The notes beneath the pieces were generated by a model that worked only from the letters and a program-made list of their open reading frames with translations, was not told the origin of the DNA and did not search any database. Shown here piece after piece: positions 49,701-57,689 of a stretch of DNA of 64,000 nt. Every line of letters begins with the position of its first letter. Within the stretch, counting starts at the first letter, position 1. A program made the translations under genes and the position numbers. This DNA comes from Bdellovibrionales bacterium (GTDB lineage: Bacteria > Bdellovibrionota > Bdellovibrionia > Bdellovibrionales > JAUICD01): assembly GCA_965197425.1 (NCBI GenBank), contig CBDANC010000012.1:32001-96000 (forward strand). Direction: 5' to 3'.

Positions 49701-51310
49701 TCATCAGCAAAGGAACTAGGGTTGTTTACATCTCTCCAAACCTTACCAATATTCCTAAAGTTCAATGTCAATTCATCAGCATAATCACTAAGAGTAGTAT
49801 GAGCATTACCATCAGGCTTAGTAGGGATAGAATCAGCAGCACCATACTTATAACCAACATTTAAACCAGGGTTGTTTTGAAGAGGGTGAGTTGTGGAAGC
49901 TATAAAATCATTAGAACCATCTTTAATCTCTCTGTCATGGTGAACATATACAGGTCTTCTAGATGGAGGAACTGCAAAGCTGTTAGCATAAGCAAATAAC
50001 TTATTTGACTTACAGGATCTTTCTAACTTATCCACACCAGGTCTTGTTTTAACTTCAACAAATAACTTCAAACCTACATCTGACCTCATCTGGGCTGAAG
50101 TTAGACTCCTCTCCAGCTTATAACCAATCTTATTCTGTCTCTCTAATTCGTTGGTGCCTAAAACACTATCTGTAATGTATCTATCGTACTTAGAATGAGG
50201 TCTTAGAAAGACTGCTGGATGAACCTTAGTATCAGTACAACCAAGAGCACTACGATTAGATAAACTCCAAGGCCTTATACCTATCTTCACATCATATGGC
50301 TGAGCAGTATTAGTATAACTAGTACTATAATCAGTAAAACCTGCTAAGAGATGCAAATTTAAGGCATTTTTGAGACTCTTGGATAAACCATATAAGTACT
50401 CAGAGGTAAAAGTATCCCAAGCATAATGATTAGAAGATAAATTAGCATCAGCCATTTCCTTATAGTAATCAGGTTCAGGTCCTGGAGTTGCTGGTTTTAC
50501 ATCATCTAGCTTCTTATGTAAGTCTATCAGCTTAGCAGTGTTACCAGCCTCGTAGGTAATCACCATATCATCGGCAAGATCAAAGGTCAGGTTATCTACA
50601 TTAGATGGACATATGGTAGAACGATACTCGTTAAATAAATCTTCTACTAAACTAACACCACTACCTCTATGAAACTTATCTACTTTCAAAGTAATGTGAC
50701 TATTACTACCATGAGGCTCTATAACAAGATTAGGACCAGCATTATGAGTAGCCTCTCCACTAGTGTTTACAGATATAGTGCTTCTTTCTTCTATAGCTGC
50801 TTCAAAATCAGTAGGAGGAGTACCAGGAAAGTGTTCGGAGTTAAGCAAAACAATAGGTTCTAAGCCACCCTGAGAAAATCTCTCCATTACATTAGTAGCT
50901 ATAGCTGCACATTCATAGGAATCATCAGTCAACTTAGATGCCGTGTTCATCTGACCAGATATAAATGTAACTACAAAACCAGATATGGATACTAAAGCTA
51001 AACCAACTACAGTCTCTATTAAAGTAAAACCACCACCTTGCAGGTGGGGGCATTTACCACCAGTAGAGTACCCACCACCTTGCAGGCGGAGGCATTTTAA
51101 TAGAGGCTTAAACAAACTTTTATTCTGTTTGAAATATGCATTATTTAAACGTAACTTTAAACCTCTATGCGGAATTTTAGAGGGGGGGGGTACAGCTAAA
51201 TATTCGTTATTACTAGTGTTTTTAGTATTAGCTTCTTTATCAGCAACTCCACCAACAGCACTACTGTCAATACCCCTGTGAGAGTTTTTGTTTCGAAAGC
51301 CCCATCCCAT
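46709..51310 (-). CDS. Giant type IV prepilin-like protein with a Cys-rich C-terminal half
   Basis: G|FTLIETVVGLALV N-methylation motif at residues 94-95; about 750 aa of Cys-rich modules with a poly-Pro hinge. Confidence 0.85.
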   Translation of the reverse strand: MGWGFRNKNSHRGIDSSAVGGVADKEANTKNTSNNEYLAVPPPSKIPHRGLKLRLNNAYFKQNKSLFKPLLKCLRLQGGGYSTGGKCPHLQGGGFTLIETVVGLALVSISGFVVTFISGQMNTASKLTDDSYECAAIATNVMERFSQGGLEPIVLLNSEHFPGTPPTDFEAAIEERSTISVNTSGEATHNAGPNLVIEPHGSNSHITLKVDKFHRGSGVSLVEDLFNEYRSTICPSNVDNLTFDLADDMVITYEAGNTAKLIDLHKKLDDVKPATPGPEPDYYKEMADANLSSNHYAWDTFTSEYLYGLSKSLKNALNLHLLAGFTDYSTSYTNTAQPYDVKIGIRPWSLSNRSALGCTDTKVHPAVFLRPHSKYDRYITDSVLGTNELERQNKIGYKLERSLTSAQMRSDVGLKLFVEVKTRPGVDKLERSCKSNKLFAYANSFAVPPSRRPVYVHHDREIKDGSNDFIASTTHPLQNNPGLNVGYKYGAADSIPTKPDGNAHTTLSDYADELTLNFRNIGKVWRDVNNPSSFADDEEDFRGVFLCGFDKSSFEDCVKGPPDCDDIAGLSSYRPFGNGGVHKLGIRRSGTEYGSTDGSTSSPRWDLCENFKLTSSQPNRASLIASLSSVDDGKLGLELDNLNVSSWPDEDQDADYRVRFKLVDEYGNDYSATENGQIQSDDYTEEHRVFAYNCAQFGNTHASGIYATPPKNCGVTNPDPNIAKYNRRIDNPFYNARSDCEHTFNLLLGNGITNGTSSCVKLSNIRIYNNYFDDSIEERTGPANSPVRPVNGTGVTCDYWVEQCVNDGTACVQCGQGYMRDYPETTRQSCHGGSASLGGVTCYKAGVNCCSGVNNYNPFLCPTGGPCTNCSHPLDSLNRTVDRSCPSSVSCGFNEDPTCGATCNTNGLGCGICTGATPCNTPNCFSCSFGTPGVCQYKCGGGTPYCDGASNCVECLNDGHCGGDICCSYSCRAPCNASSNNCEECHGPCSSPVNRCSGGKVCDGSGGCVDPPPPPPPPPVCTPNPCPTGQTCCPDNQCRTNCCSVACDDDGDCNAGKTCQDAGQCSASCVTCVGGVGCNSDADCPGGVCQGAGNCGSSCCPVTCNSNSDCGAGKSCSDAGTCSSSCVDNPCPSGQVRCGAICKTPTCSGAGDCAVPTPTCQNPGTCTSICVTCSGAQPDCAATCQAVICGSGGWECDTSSGCPTGENCCTGVNPPVCKAPCVANNAACEQCADNCASPTSKCVPPQICNGSGTCYIPQTCGSRITDPECQQCTDPNSTTEIPRNKSGGCRSCGICNGGICNEPSTCPPCSGTPPTCDSDNCETAQCKNGSWVCEQGPSTCTANPATCTTCPKLCGTPVTGQPTCVSNTATCTTCDKPCGTPQTCPPGTTCDGSGGCVPVCSTPCSSNADCGCGGTCDAGTGCCTSTGPTCSGATPNCCPGSPPTCKASCGVTCGSGSMSGYPNTSDPSCNATSRSESGVECWTNTNCGATEVCDCCPWQCTEIRCENHHDCPTPYQCTVNVFDASMTGHCYTI

Positions 51311-51535
51311 GAAGCAAGATCATAGCAAACAAGATACACATTGCTATAACTTTTTTTAGAAATATCAGTATTTTTTATTCTCCCGGAATGATGTCTTTGG
51401 ATAAGACACAATTCGTAGAGAATGAGCGTGTTTAAGACCTGCAGCTGGGAGAAGCGTTGGGGTTTAAAGTAGGCGGGCCACAAGTACTCGTTGGGGTAGC
51501 ACTAAATACAACATTGATAGCCTAAGATTGGTAGC

Positions 51536-51949
51536 TTAAGTGCCACATTTTTTCATATCTACTTCATACTCCTGGCCAAACTTTCTTGTACCATCAACTA
51601 ATTGAACTGACCTTATAAAAAACTTATAATGCTCTTTATCTAAATTATTAAACAAAATGCCGCTATCACCAATGGGATAGGTGTTTGAACCATCGTTATC
51701 TAAGGTAATACCACCACAATCCAAAAATTGAGTATCAGCAATAGGGACAGTTCTCTTACACTGAAAAAAAGTATCGTCTAATAATGAAGCCACATTAAGT
51801 GTAACAGCCTTACTATCATCTATACACCCAGGTGTTATCATAAATGGCATAGATGAAGCATGATTCACAGAAGTAATATCAGTAGTACAATTTTGATATG
51901 CAAAAATTGAAACCACTAAACATAAAAAAAATACTACAGGCCTTATCAC
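51536..51949 (-). CDS. Short YQNC lipoprotein paralog (N-terminal domain only)
   Basis: IFAYQNC signal; colinear with the N-terminal domain of 51994..52962. Confidence 0.82.
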   Translation of the reverse strand: MIRPVVFFLCLVVSIFAYQNCTTDITSVNHASSMPFMITPGCIDDSKAVTLNVASLLDDTFFQCKRTVPIADTQFLDCGGITLDNDGSNTYPIGDSGILFNNLDKEHYKFFIRSVQLVDGTRKFGQEYEVDMKKCGT

Positions 51950-51993
51950 AACTGACCCCTTTTTATTTTTTCACAAACACAAATTTGCTAATT

Positions 51994-52962
51994 TTAAAAG
52001 CGTATACACATCTCAGGATCAGCATTAGGTGCAGGTGTAGGTTCACCACAAACACTCTGACATTCCCAACAGTTTGGCATAGCTTGGAGTTGCCTTTTTT
52101 GCTCGCAAGTCTGCTCAGCCCTATAACAAGTAGTAGCACAGAATTGTTTTTCATCAGCAACACACGTAGGCCTACTTGAGCTTGCATAATTTGTAGCATC
52201 ACCAGCAGCACCATTGTCTGCACCACATGTAATAGATTTGTTAGTAGGAACTCCACAAGTAGCTGTACATTCTGTACAAACATTATTGTTTCTTTGTTGC
52301 TCGCAAGTAGGTCCTCCGTCAGCATAACAAGTAATCTCACCATGAGTTTTTTGTGATGTAGGGCAAGTTGGCTGTGAGCTTGAAGGGTGCGGATGTCCCG
52401 ACATAACGCCTTGACCACAAACAACATTAGTAGTGACAGTAGTCCCTGTGGTTGCTGTGGTTACGGTAGTCCCCGTAGTTGCTGTAGTAACAGTAGTTCC
52501 TGTATTACCACCGTCGTTGTTATCATTATTGTTGTCGTTGTCATTAGTTGTAGTACCACATCTTGTTATGATTACTTCGTAATCTTCATCAAATTCCCTA
52601 ATTCCATCAACTAGTTGAACTACCCTTATAAAAAACTGATAATTGTCCTGCTGTAGATTATTAAATAAAACACCACTATTACCAACAAGGTGAACACTCG
52701 AACCATCGTTATCTAAGGTAATGCCACCACAATCCAAAAATTGAGTATCAGCAATAGGGACAGTTCTCTTACACTCCAAAGAAATATAATTTTGCAACGA
52801 TGAGGATACGCTAAGTGCAACAGAATTATCACTGCCTATACATTCGGGTGTTAGTTCAAATGGTACAGAAGCCTGATCTACAGAAGTAATACTAGTAGTA
52901 CAATTTTGATACGCAACAATTGAAGCTGCTAAAGCACAAAAAAATGCTATCGACCTTACCAT
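51994..52962 (-). CDS. Cys-rich putative lipoprotein (YQNC signal)
   Basis: MVRSIAFFCALAASIVAYQNC; Asn/Thr-rich linker; Cys modules colinear with the C-terminus of 41054..42277. Confidence 0.85.
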   Translation of the reverse strand: MVRSIAFFCALAASIVAYQNCTTSITSVDQASVPFELTPECIGSDNSVALSVSSSLQNYISLECKRTVPIADTQFLDCGGITLDNDGSSVHLVGNSGVLFNNLQQDNYQFFIRVVQLVDGIREFDEDYEVIITRCGTTTNDNDNNNDNNDGGNTGTTVTTATTGTTVTTATTGTTVTTNVVCGQGVMSGHPHPSSSQPTCPTSQKTHGEITCYADGGPTCEQQRNNNVCTECTATCGVPTNKSITCGADNGAAGDATNYASSSRPTCVADEKQFCATTCYRAEQTCEQKRQLQAMPNCWECQSVCGEPTPAPNADPEMCIRF

Positions 52963-53303
52963 GGACCACCCCCGTATTGTGTATACTCCTAAGAGTATAC
53001 TTACACCCATCCTCTAACACAACAATTGGTAGAATAAAATATTTCTAAGACTCTATCTCCCAACCTAAAGTCTTGGTTTTTCAGAACTATAAACAACAAT
53101 CTCACTGATCTATCTTGAGCCTAAGTATAACTTAACATGTACACTAGAGTGTGGGTTTATTAAATTTTCAACACCAAAAATATTAAAAATATTAAAGGTA
53201 TTGGCTTAATAGTTGCTCAAGCTCATTAGCTTTTGAGTGTCTTAAATTTCTTGACTTAGTATTTATTATCAATAAGACTGCCTTAGCTTACAATTGAAAG
53301 TAT

Positions 53304-53379
53304 TCGGGAGTAGCTCAGTTGGTAGAGCAGTTGACTGTTAATCAATTGGTCGGGGGTTCAAGTCCCTCCTCCCGAGCCA
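53304..53379 (+). tRNA. tRNA-Asn(GTT)
   Basis: TCGGGAGTAGCTCAGTTGGTAGAGCAGTTGACTGTTAATCAATTGGTCGGGGGTTCAAGTCCCTCCTCCCGAGCCA. Confidence 0.97.
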
Positions 53380-53444
53380 GTACATCTACCAAGGCGTGTT
53401 GCCACATCTATAAAAATCGTTAGTTTTACTATTTATTTTATTGT

Positions 53445-53819
53445 TTATTTTTTAGAGTTATCTTCTTTAACTTCCACATCCTGAAAATCACCTTTAGGAG
53501 GTGCTAGTTTTTTTAACTCTATATCTAACCTTTCTTTTAAGTTAGAGGGTTTTGGAATAACCATTGGATCCCCAACATAAATAACTAAATTATCTTTTAA
53601 CTGTATTTCTTTGAAAATTTTAATGTTTTTGTCATAAAACCTATAGTGCCATATATCCATTCCATCACTTCTTTTAGACTCATAAGGAGAACCCAGCTTA
53701 TCCAACACTGCTGTCTTGTCCATACCCTCTTTAATTCGACTAAATCTCTTCAAACCACTTGTAGCACAAGCAGAAAGCAGAAGTGCAAATAATAAAACCA
53801 GCAACGAAACTAAACGCAT
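53445..53819 (-). CDS. SmpA/OmlA (BamE-like) lipoprotein
   Basis: LSAC lipobox; IKEGMDKTAVLDKLGSP...WHY. Confidence 0.8.
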   Translation of the reverse strand: MRLVSLLVLLFALLLSACATSGLKRFSRIKEGMDKTAVLDKLGSPYESKRSDGMDIWHYRFYDKNIKIFKEIQLKDNLVIYVGDPMVIPKPSNLKERLDIELKKLAPPKGDFQDVEVKEDNSKK

Positions 53820-53865
53820 ATCTGTGTAGATTATTAAACAAATATAAAATTAAATCAAACACATA

Positions 53866-54265
53866 AAGGTCTTCCGAGCGAGGCCAATAAAGTGAACTTG
53901 TTTGCTTTTTTCAATTGGCTCACGGGATAAATTTTTATATTTTCCAATTGAAATAACCTCCCTGCGGTCGGTTTTTTAATAAAGGTGAGGTTAATGAGGC
54001 CAAAAACAAAGTGACTTTGTTGCTTTTTTTTGGCCGAGTGCCTGTTTCACCGAGTGGTTGGCTTCATGCCCAGTACTGGGCAACCACAAGGCTTTGAAAA
54101 TAGGCAAAGCCTCCTTATTTTTTACCTCGTTCGGAAGACCTTATGGAACGGGATCGGAATCAGTGTCCAAAGCTGGGCAACACTGAGTTTAGAAGATGTC
54201 TTGGTTACACTTGGACTTTGTCCTGCATTACACCAATCCATCTTCTAGACTCATTTGAAGACCTT
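53866..54265. repeat. Four modular hairpin elements: two on + meeting two on - end-to-end
   Basis: Starts with AAGGTCTTCC at 53866, ends GAAGACCTT at 54265; central palindrome TGCCCAGTACTGGGCA at 54067-54082. Confidence 0.9.
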
Positions 54266-54282
54266 GAGTATAATCATAAAAA

Positions 54283-55551
54283 ATGAAATTTAATCAAGTT
54301 ATACAATACATAGAAAACAAAGGCATAAGCCTAACTAAAGATAGAGTCCCTAGAAGATTAACCTTAGGCCCTATTAAAACTGCACTTAAAACATTAAACA
54401 TAAAACCTGCTTTAAATGGCGAAAGAGTAATACTAATTGCAGGTACAAATGGAAAAGGTAGTGTAGCCAAAACTTTAGAAACACTACTGACATCACAAGG
54501 TTTCAATGTAGGGTTGTACACTTCCCCACACCTGATATGCACAACAGAACGAATCTCAATAAATGAAAACCCCATAAGTAAGCAGCTATTTACAAAAACT
54601 TTCAAAGAAATAAAGAAAGCTATAAAAAACCTAACCCATTTTGAAATACTAACCTTAATAGCAGCACAAATATTTTTTAAAACAAAAAAGGTAGATTGGG
54701 CTATTTTTGAAATAGGACTTGGAGGTACAAAAGATGCCACAAATGCAATCCCTCATAAAACATCCATTATAACAACCTTAGGATACGACCACGAACATAT
54801 ACTGGGAAATTCTCTAGAAAAAATAGCCAAGAATAAATTTGGTATTATTAAAAAACACAACCTAGTAATTTCCAACAAATTACCAAAAGAACTAAAAAAG
54901 TTAAAAACAAAAATTTGTGACAAAAAAAAATGCAAATGGAAAATAAGCGATAAATTTCAATACAAAACAACAGTCAAAAAATTTAACCTCAATACAACAA
55001 TTACTATGTACAAGAAAAAATGCCCTTTAAATCTTCACTCAAAAAGAGGTGCCATGAATACGGCTCTAGCATTAACAGCTTTCAAACAACTTGGATTTAA
55101 CCCACAAGAACACATGCACAAACTAAAAAATGTAAATTGGCCAGCAAGAATGTCGGAACTTAAAATACAATCTCCATGCAAAATATATCTATCAGGAGAT
55201 CATAATGAACAAGGTATAAGAAGCTTGGTAGAAATTGTGCAACAATTTCGCTACAAAAATCTGCATATAGTTGCAAGCATAAGCAAAACAAAAAATCCAG
55301 ACAAAATTCTACCTATTTTATTAACACTAAAAAGATCTAACATTTTTCTGACCACAGCACAATTTATGGGAAGGAAAAAAGAAGAGTATAATAAATGGCT
55401 TACAAAAACTAGATATTATAAAAATCCAATCAAAGCACTAAAGAAAGCTCAAAGTATATCTAAAAAAAATGACCTAATAGTAGTAACAGGATCTCTATAT
55501 CTAATAGGAGATATTTTAGAGAAATACAGATCTAACATAGGAAGACTTTGA
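54283..55551 (+). CDS. folC: Folylpolyglutamate synthase/dihydrofolate synthase
   Basis: IAGTNGKGS, YTSPHL, EIGLGGTKDATN, WPARM, TGSLYLIG. Confidence 0.93.
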   Translation: MKFNQVIQYIENKGISLTKDRVPRRLTLGPIKTALKTLNIKPALNGERVILIAGTNGKGSVAKTLETLLTSQGFNVGLYTSPHLICTTERISINENPISKQLFTKTFKEIKKAIKNLTHFEILTLIAAQIFFKTKKVDWAIFEIGLGGTKDATNAIPHKTSIITTLGYDHEHILGNSLEKIAKNKFGIIKKHNLVISNKLPKELKKLKTKICDKKKCKWKISDKFQYKTTVKKFNLNTTITMYKKKCPLNLHSKRGAMNTALALTAFKQLGFNPQEHMHKLKNVNWPARMSELKIQSPCKIYLSGDHNEQGIRSLVEIVQQFRYKNLHIVASISKTKNPDKILPILLTLKRSNIFLTTAQFMGRKKEEYNKWLTKTRYYKNPIKALKKAQSISKKNDLIVVTGSLYLIGDILEKYRSNIGRL

Positions 55552-55558
55552 GGTGCAG

Positions 55559-55590
55559 GATTGGCTGATTGCCTGATTGTCCGATTTCAA
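55559..55590 (+). repeat. Degenerate 8-mer tandem repeat (GATTGCCT-like, 4 units)
   Basis: gattggct gattgcct gattgtcc gatttcaa. Confidence 0.6.
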
Positions 55591-55596
55591 GTTAAT

Positions 55597-55709
55597 GGAT
55601 CAGCATCTTGTTACAGTGCTGGGCAACTCTGAAACTGAAAGTACCTCGGCCACACTTGTGCTTCGCACAGCATTTCGCCATGGCAACTTTCAGTTCTTGC
55701 TGAGACCTT
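55597..55709 (-). repeat. Modular hairpin element
   Basis: Minus strand AAGGTCTC...AACTGAAAGT...TGTGCGAAGCACA...ACTTTCAGTT...GTTGCCCAGC...GATGCTGATCC. Confidence 0.85.
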
Positions 55710-55714
55710 TAAAT

Positions 55715-56224
55715 CTAGATGCCGCCTTTAATACGATCTTCATCATCTAAGACTGTCTGAACACCACCCTTTAATTGAGGTCTATAAGCTAACTCTTGAA
55801 TACCATTTATAAAACTTGCTCCATTTATCCCAGGAGTTTGCCACTCAGGCCCCATTCTAACAGCATCTACAGGACAAGCTTCTTCACAAAAACCACAAAA
55901 AACGCACCTAAGCATGTCTATTTCATAATTAATAGGATATTTTTCAACTGAAGAGTCAGAATGCTCACTTGCCACAATTGTAATACAGTCCGCAGGGCAG
56001 TTGGTTGCACATAACATACAAGCTGTACACCTCAGGGAACCATCTTTTTTGACAGTTAAAACATGATTACCCTTAAACCTAGGACCATATTGATACTTTT
56101 TTTCAGGATAATTTACAGTCTGCATATCTCCCTTTCTAAATAAATTTTTTATCAGGTTAGATATGGTGATCTTTAATCCCTTTAAAATACCCGGTAAATA
56201 CCAATCTTCTATCTTTCTAGCCAT
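55715..56224 (-). CDS. nuoI: NADH-quinone oxidoreductase subunit I
   Basis: Two CxxCxxCxxxCP motifs: CTACMLCATNCP and CVFCGFCEEACP. Confidence 0.96.
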   Translation of the reverse strand: MARKIEDWYLPGILKGLKITISNLIKNLFRKGDMQTVNYPEKKYQYGPRFKGNHVLTVKKDGSLRCTACMLCATNCPADCITIVASEHSDSSVEKYPINYEIDMLRCVFCGFCEEACPVDAVRMGPEWQTPGINGASFINGIQELAYRPQLKGGVQTVLDDEDRIKGGI

Positions 56225-57689
56225 TTATATCCGGAACTCCTTTAAATAAAATTGATGCTACATCCACCCCTGAAAGAGCATTCTTAACTATGATAGTACC
56301 TACATCAATTTTTTGCTCTATACCTTTATAATTAATAAAAGTACCCGTTTTTTCAACAAAAGATTTAATAGGTATCTGCCAAGCAAAGTCTTTATACAAA
56401 ACATTCTTAGTAGGAGACATATATACAACACACTTAGCCTTCTTAAACAAGTTAATATTATCAGCAAGATCAGTATACACAGCCTGATTCTCAGGACCTA
56501 ATACAAACAAGTACTCTATCTTACCATTTGTTAATTTATTTTCCAAATCATTCCATTTGGTCTTAACCTTGTATTCTTTTAATACTTTCAATAAACCATT
56601 TGTATTTGGGTTTTTATCCCCACGAATTAAAATTCCATCATAATCATTATTTGAAATATCCCAATGATAAACATCAACTTTCATCTTTGTAAAAGAATCT
56701 ACCAACGCCCTATACTCTTCTGTAGTATATTGAGCTGTTAAAACTAGCGCAAATTTTGACTTATCCAAATTCTCAATCTTCTTGTGCAAACCCACAAGAG
56801 CTTCACCAGGAACCAAACTCTCCACACCATCTTTGGTTTTATTATATGCACTAACTAACCTGTTCTCTAAATTAGCAAATTTGTAGATAAACCTACCATG
56901 ATCACACATCCAATGAGAATTTATATCTTTGTTATAAGATGGGGTTACTCTATAAAGTCCATTCTTATTATAGTAAACTTTTACATTGCAGCCAGTAGAA
57001 CACCCTTGGCATACAGTCTCAAAACTGTCTAAAAACCACACTCTCTGCCTAAATCTAAAATCTTTAGAAGTTAAAGCTCCAACAGGACAAATATCCACTA
57101 CATTAAGTGAATAATCATTGTTCAAAGGTTTGTCTTTAAAAGTGCCCACTTCACTTCTATCACCTCGATTAAAAATACCAAGTTCATGTGACTTAGAAAC
57201 TTCGTCAGTAAACCTAACACATCTAGAGCACAATATACATCTTTCAGTATCCAAAACAACATTCTTACCTAGATCCACTACCTTTCTTTTTTTGACCTTT
57301 CTTTCAGCCATTTTTGAATCATAATTACCATAGGTCATAAAATATTCTTGCAAGCCACATTCCCCAGCCTGATCACATATAGGACAATCTAAAGGATGAT
57401 TTATAAGATGAAATTCCAGAGCCCATTTAACAACATCCTTCACTTTTTCAGATTGATTTGAAATAACCATGTTGTCTTGAACCTCAGTATTACAAGCAAT
57501 TTGAAGTTTTGGGTTGCCTTCAATTTCCACCACACACATGCGACAAGCACCAGCCACACTTAATCCAGGATGCCAACAGTAATGAGCAATCTCCCCAGCA
57601 AATTTAGATCTCATAAAAGCTTCAATAACAGTAGAGCCTTTTGGAACTTTTATGCTTTCACCATTTATTACAACTGTAACCTCAGACAT
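56217..57689 (-). CDS. nuoG: NADH-quinone oxidoreductase subunit G (short form)
   Basis: YCWHPGL, CRMC, NHPLDCPICDQAGEC, CILCSRCVRF, CPVGAL. Confidence 0.93.
   Translation of the reverse strand: MSEVTVVINGESIKVPKGSTVIEAFMRSKFAGEIAHYCWHPGLSVAGACRMCVVEIEGNPKLQIACNTEVQDNMVISNQSEKVKDVVKWALEFHLINHPLDCPICDQAGECGLQEYFMTYGNYDSKMAERKVKKRKVVDLGKNVVLDTERCILCSRCVRFTDEVSKSHELGIFNRGDRSEVGTFKDKPLNNDYSLNVVDICPVGALTSKDFRFRQRVWFLDSFETVCQGCSTGCNVKVYYNKNGLYRVTPSYNKDINSHWMCDHGRFIYKFANLENRLVSAYNKTKDGVESLVPGEALVGLHKKIENLDKSKFALVLTAQYTTEEYRALVDSFTKMKVDVYHWDISNNDYDGILIRGDKNPNTNGLLKVLKEYKVKTKWNDLENKLTNGKIEYLFVLGPENQAVYTDLADNINLFKKAKCVVYMSPTKNVLYKDFAWQIPIKSFVEKTGTFINYKGIEQKIDVGTIIVKNALSGVDVASILFKGVPDING

Noticed and set aside
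51687..52775. Diversity-generating retroelement TR/VR pair
   Set aside because: Only one mismatch (T/C on the coding strand), both copies are coding, and no reverse transcriptase is in the window.
53304..53379. tRNA-Asn as the integration site of the Cys-rich locus
   Set aside because: The locus lies on the tRNA 5' side; no duplicated tRNA end or integrase was seen.
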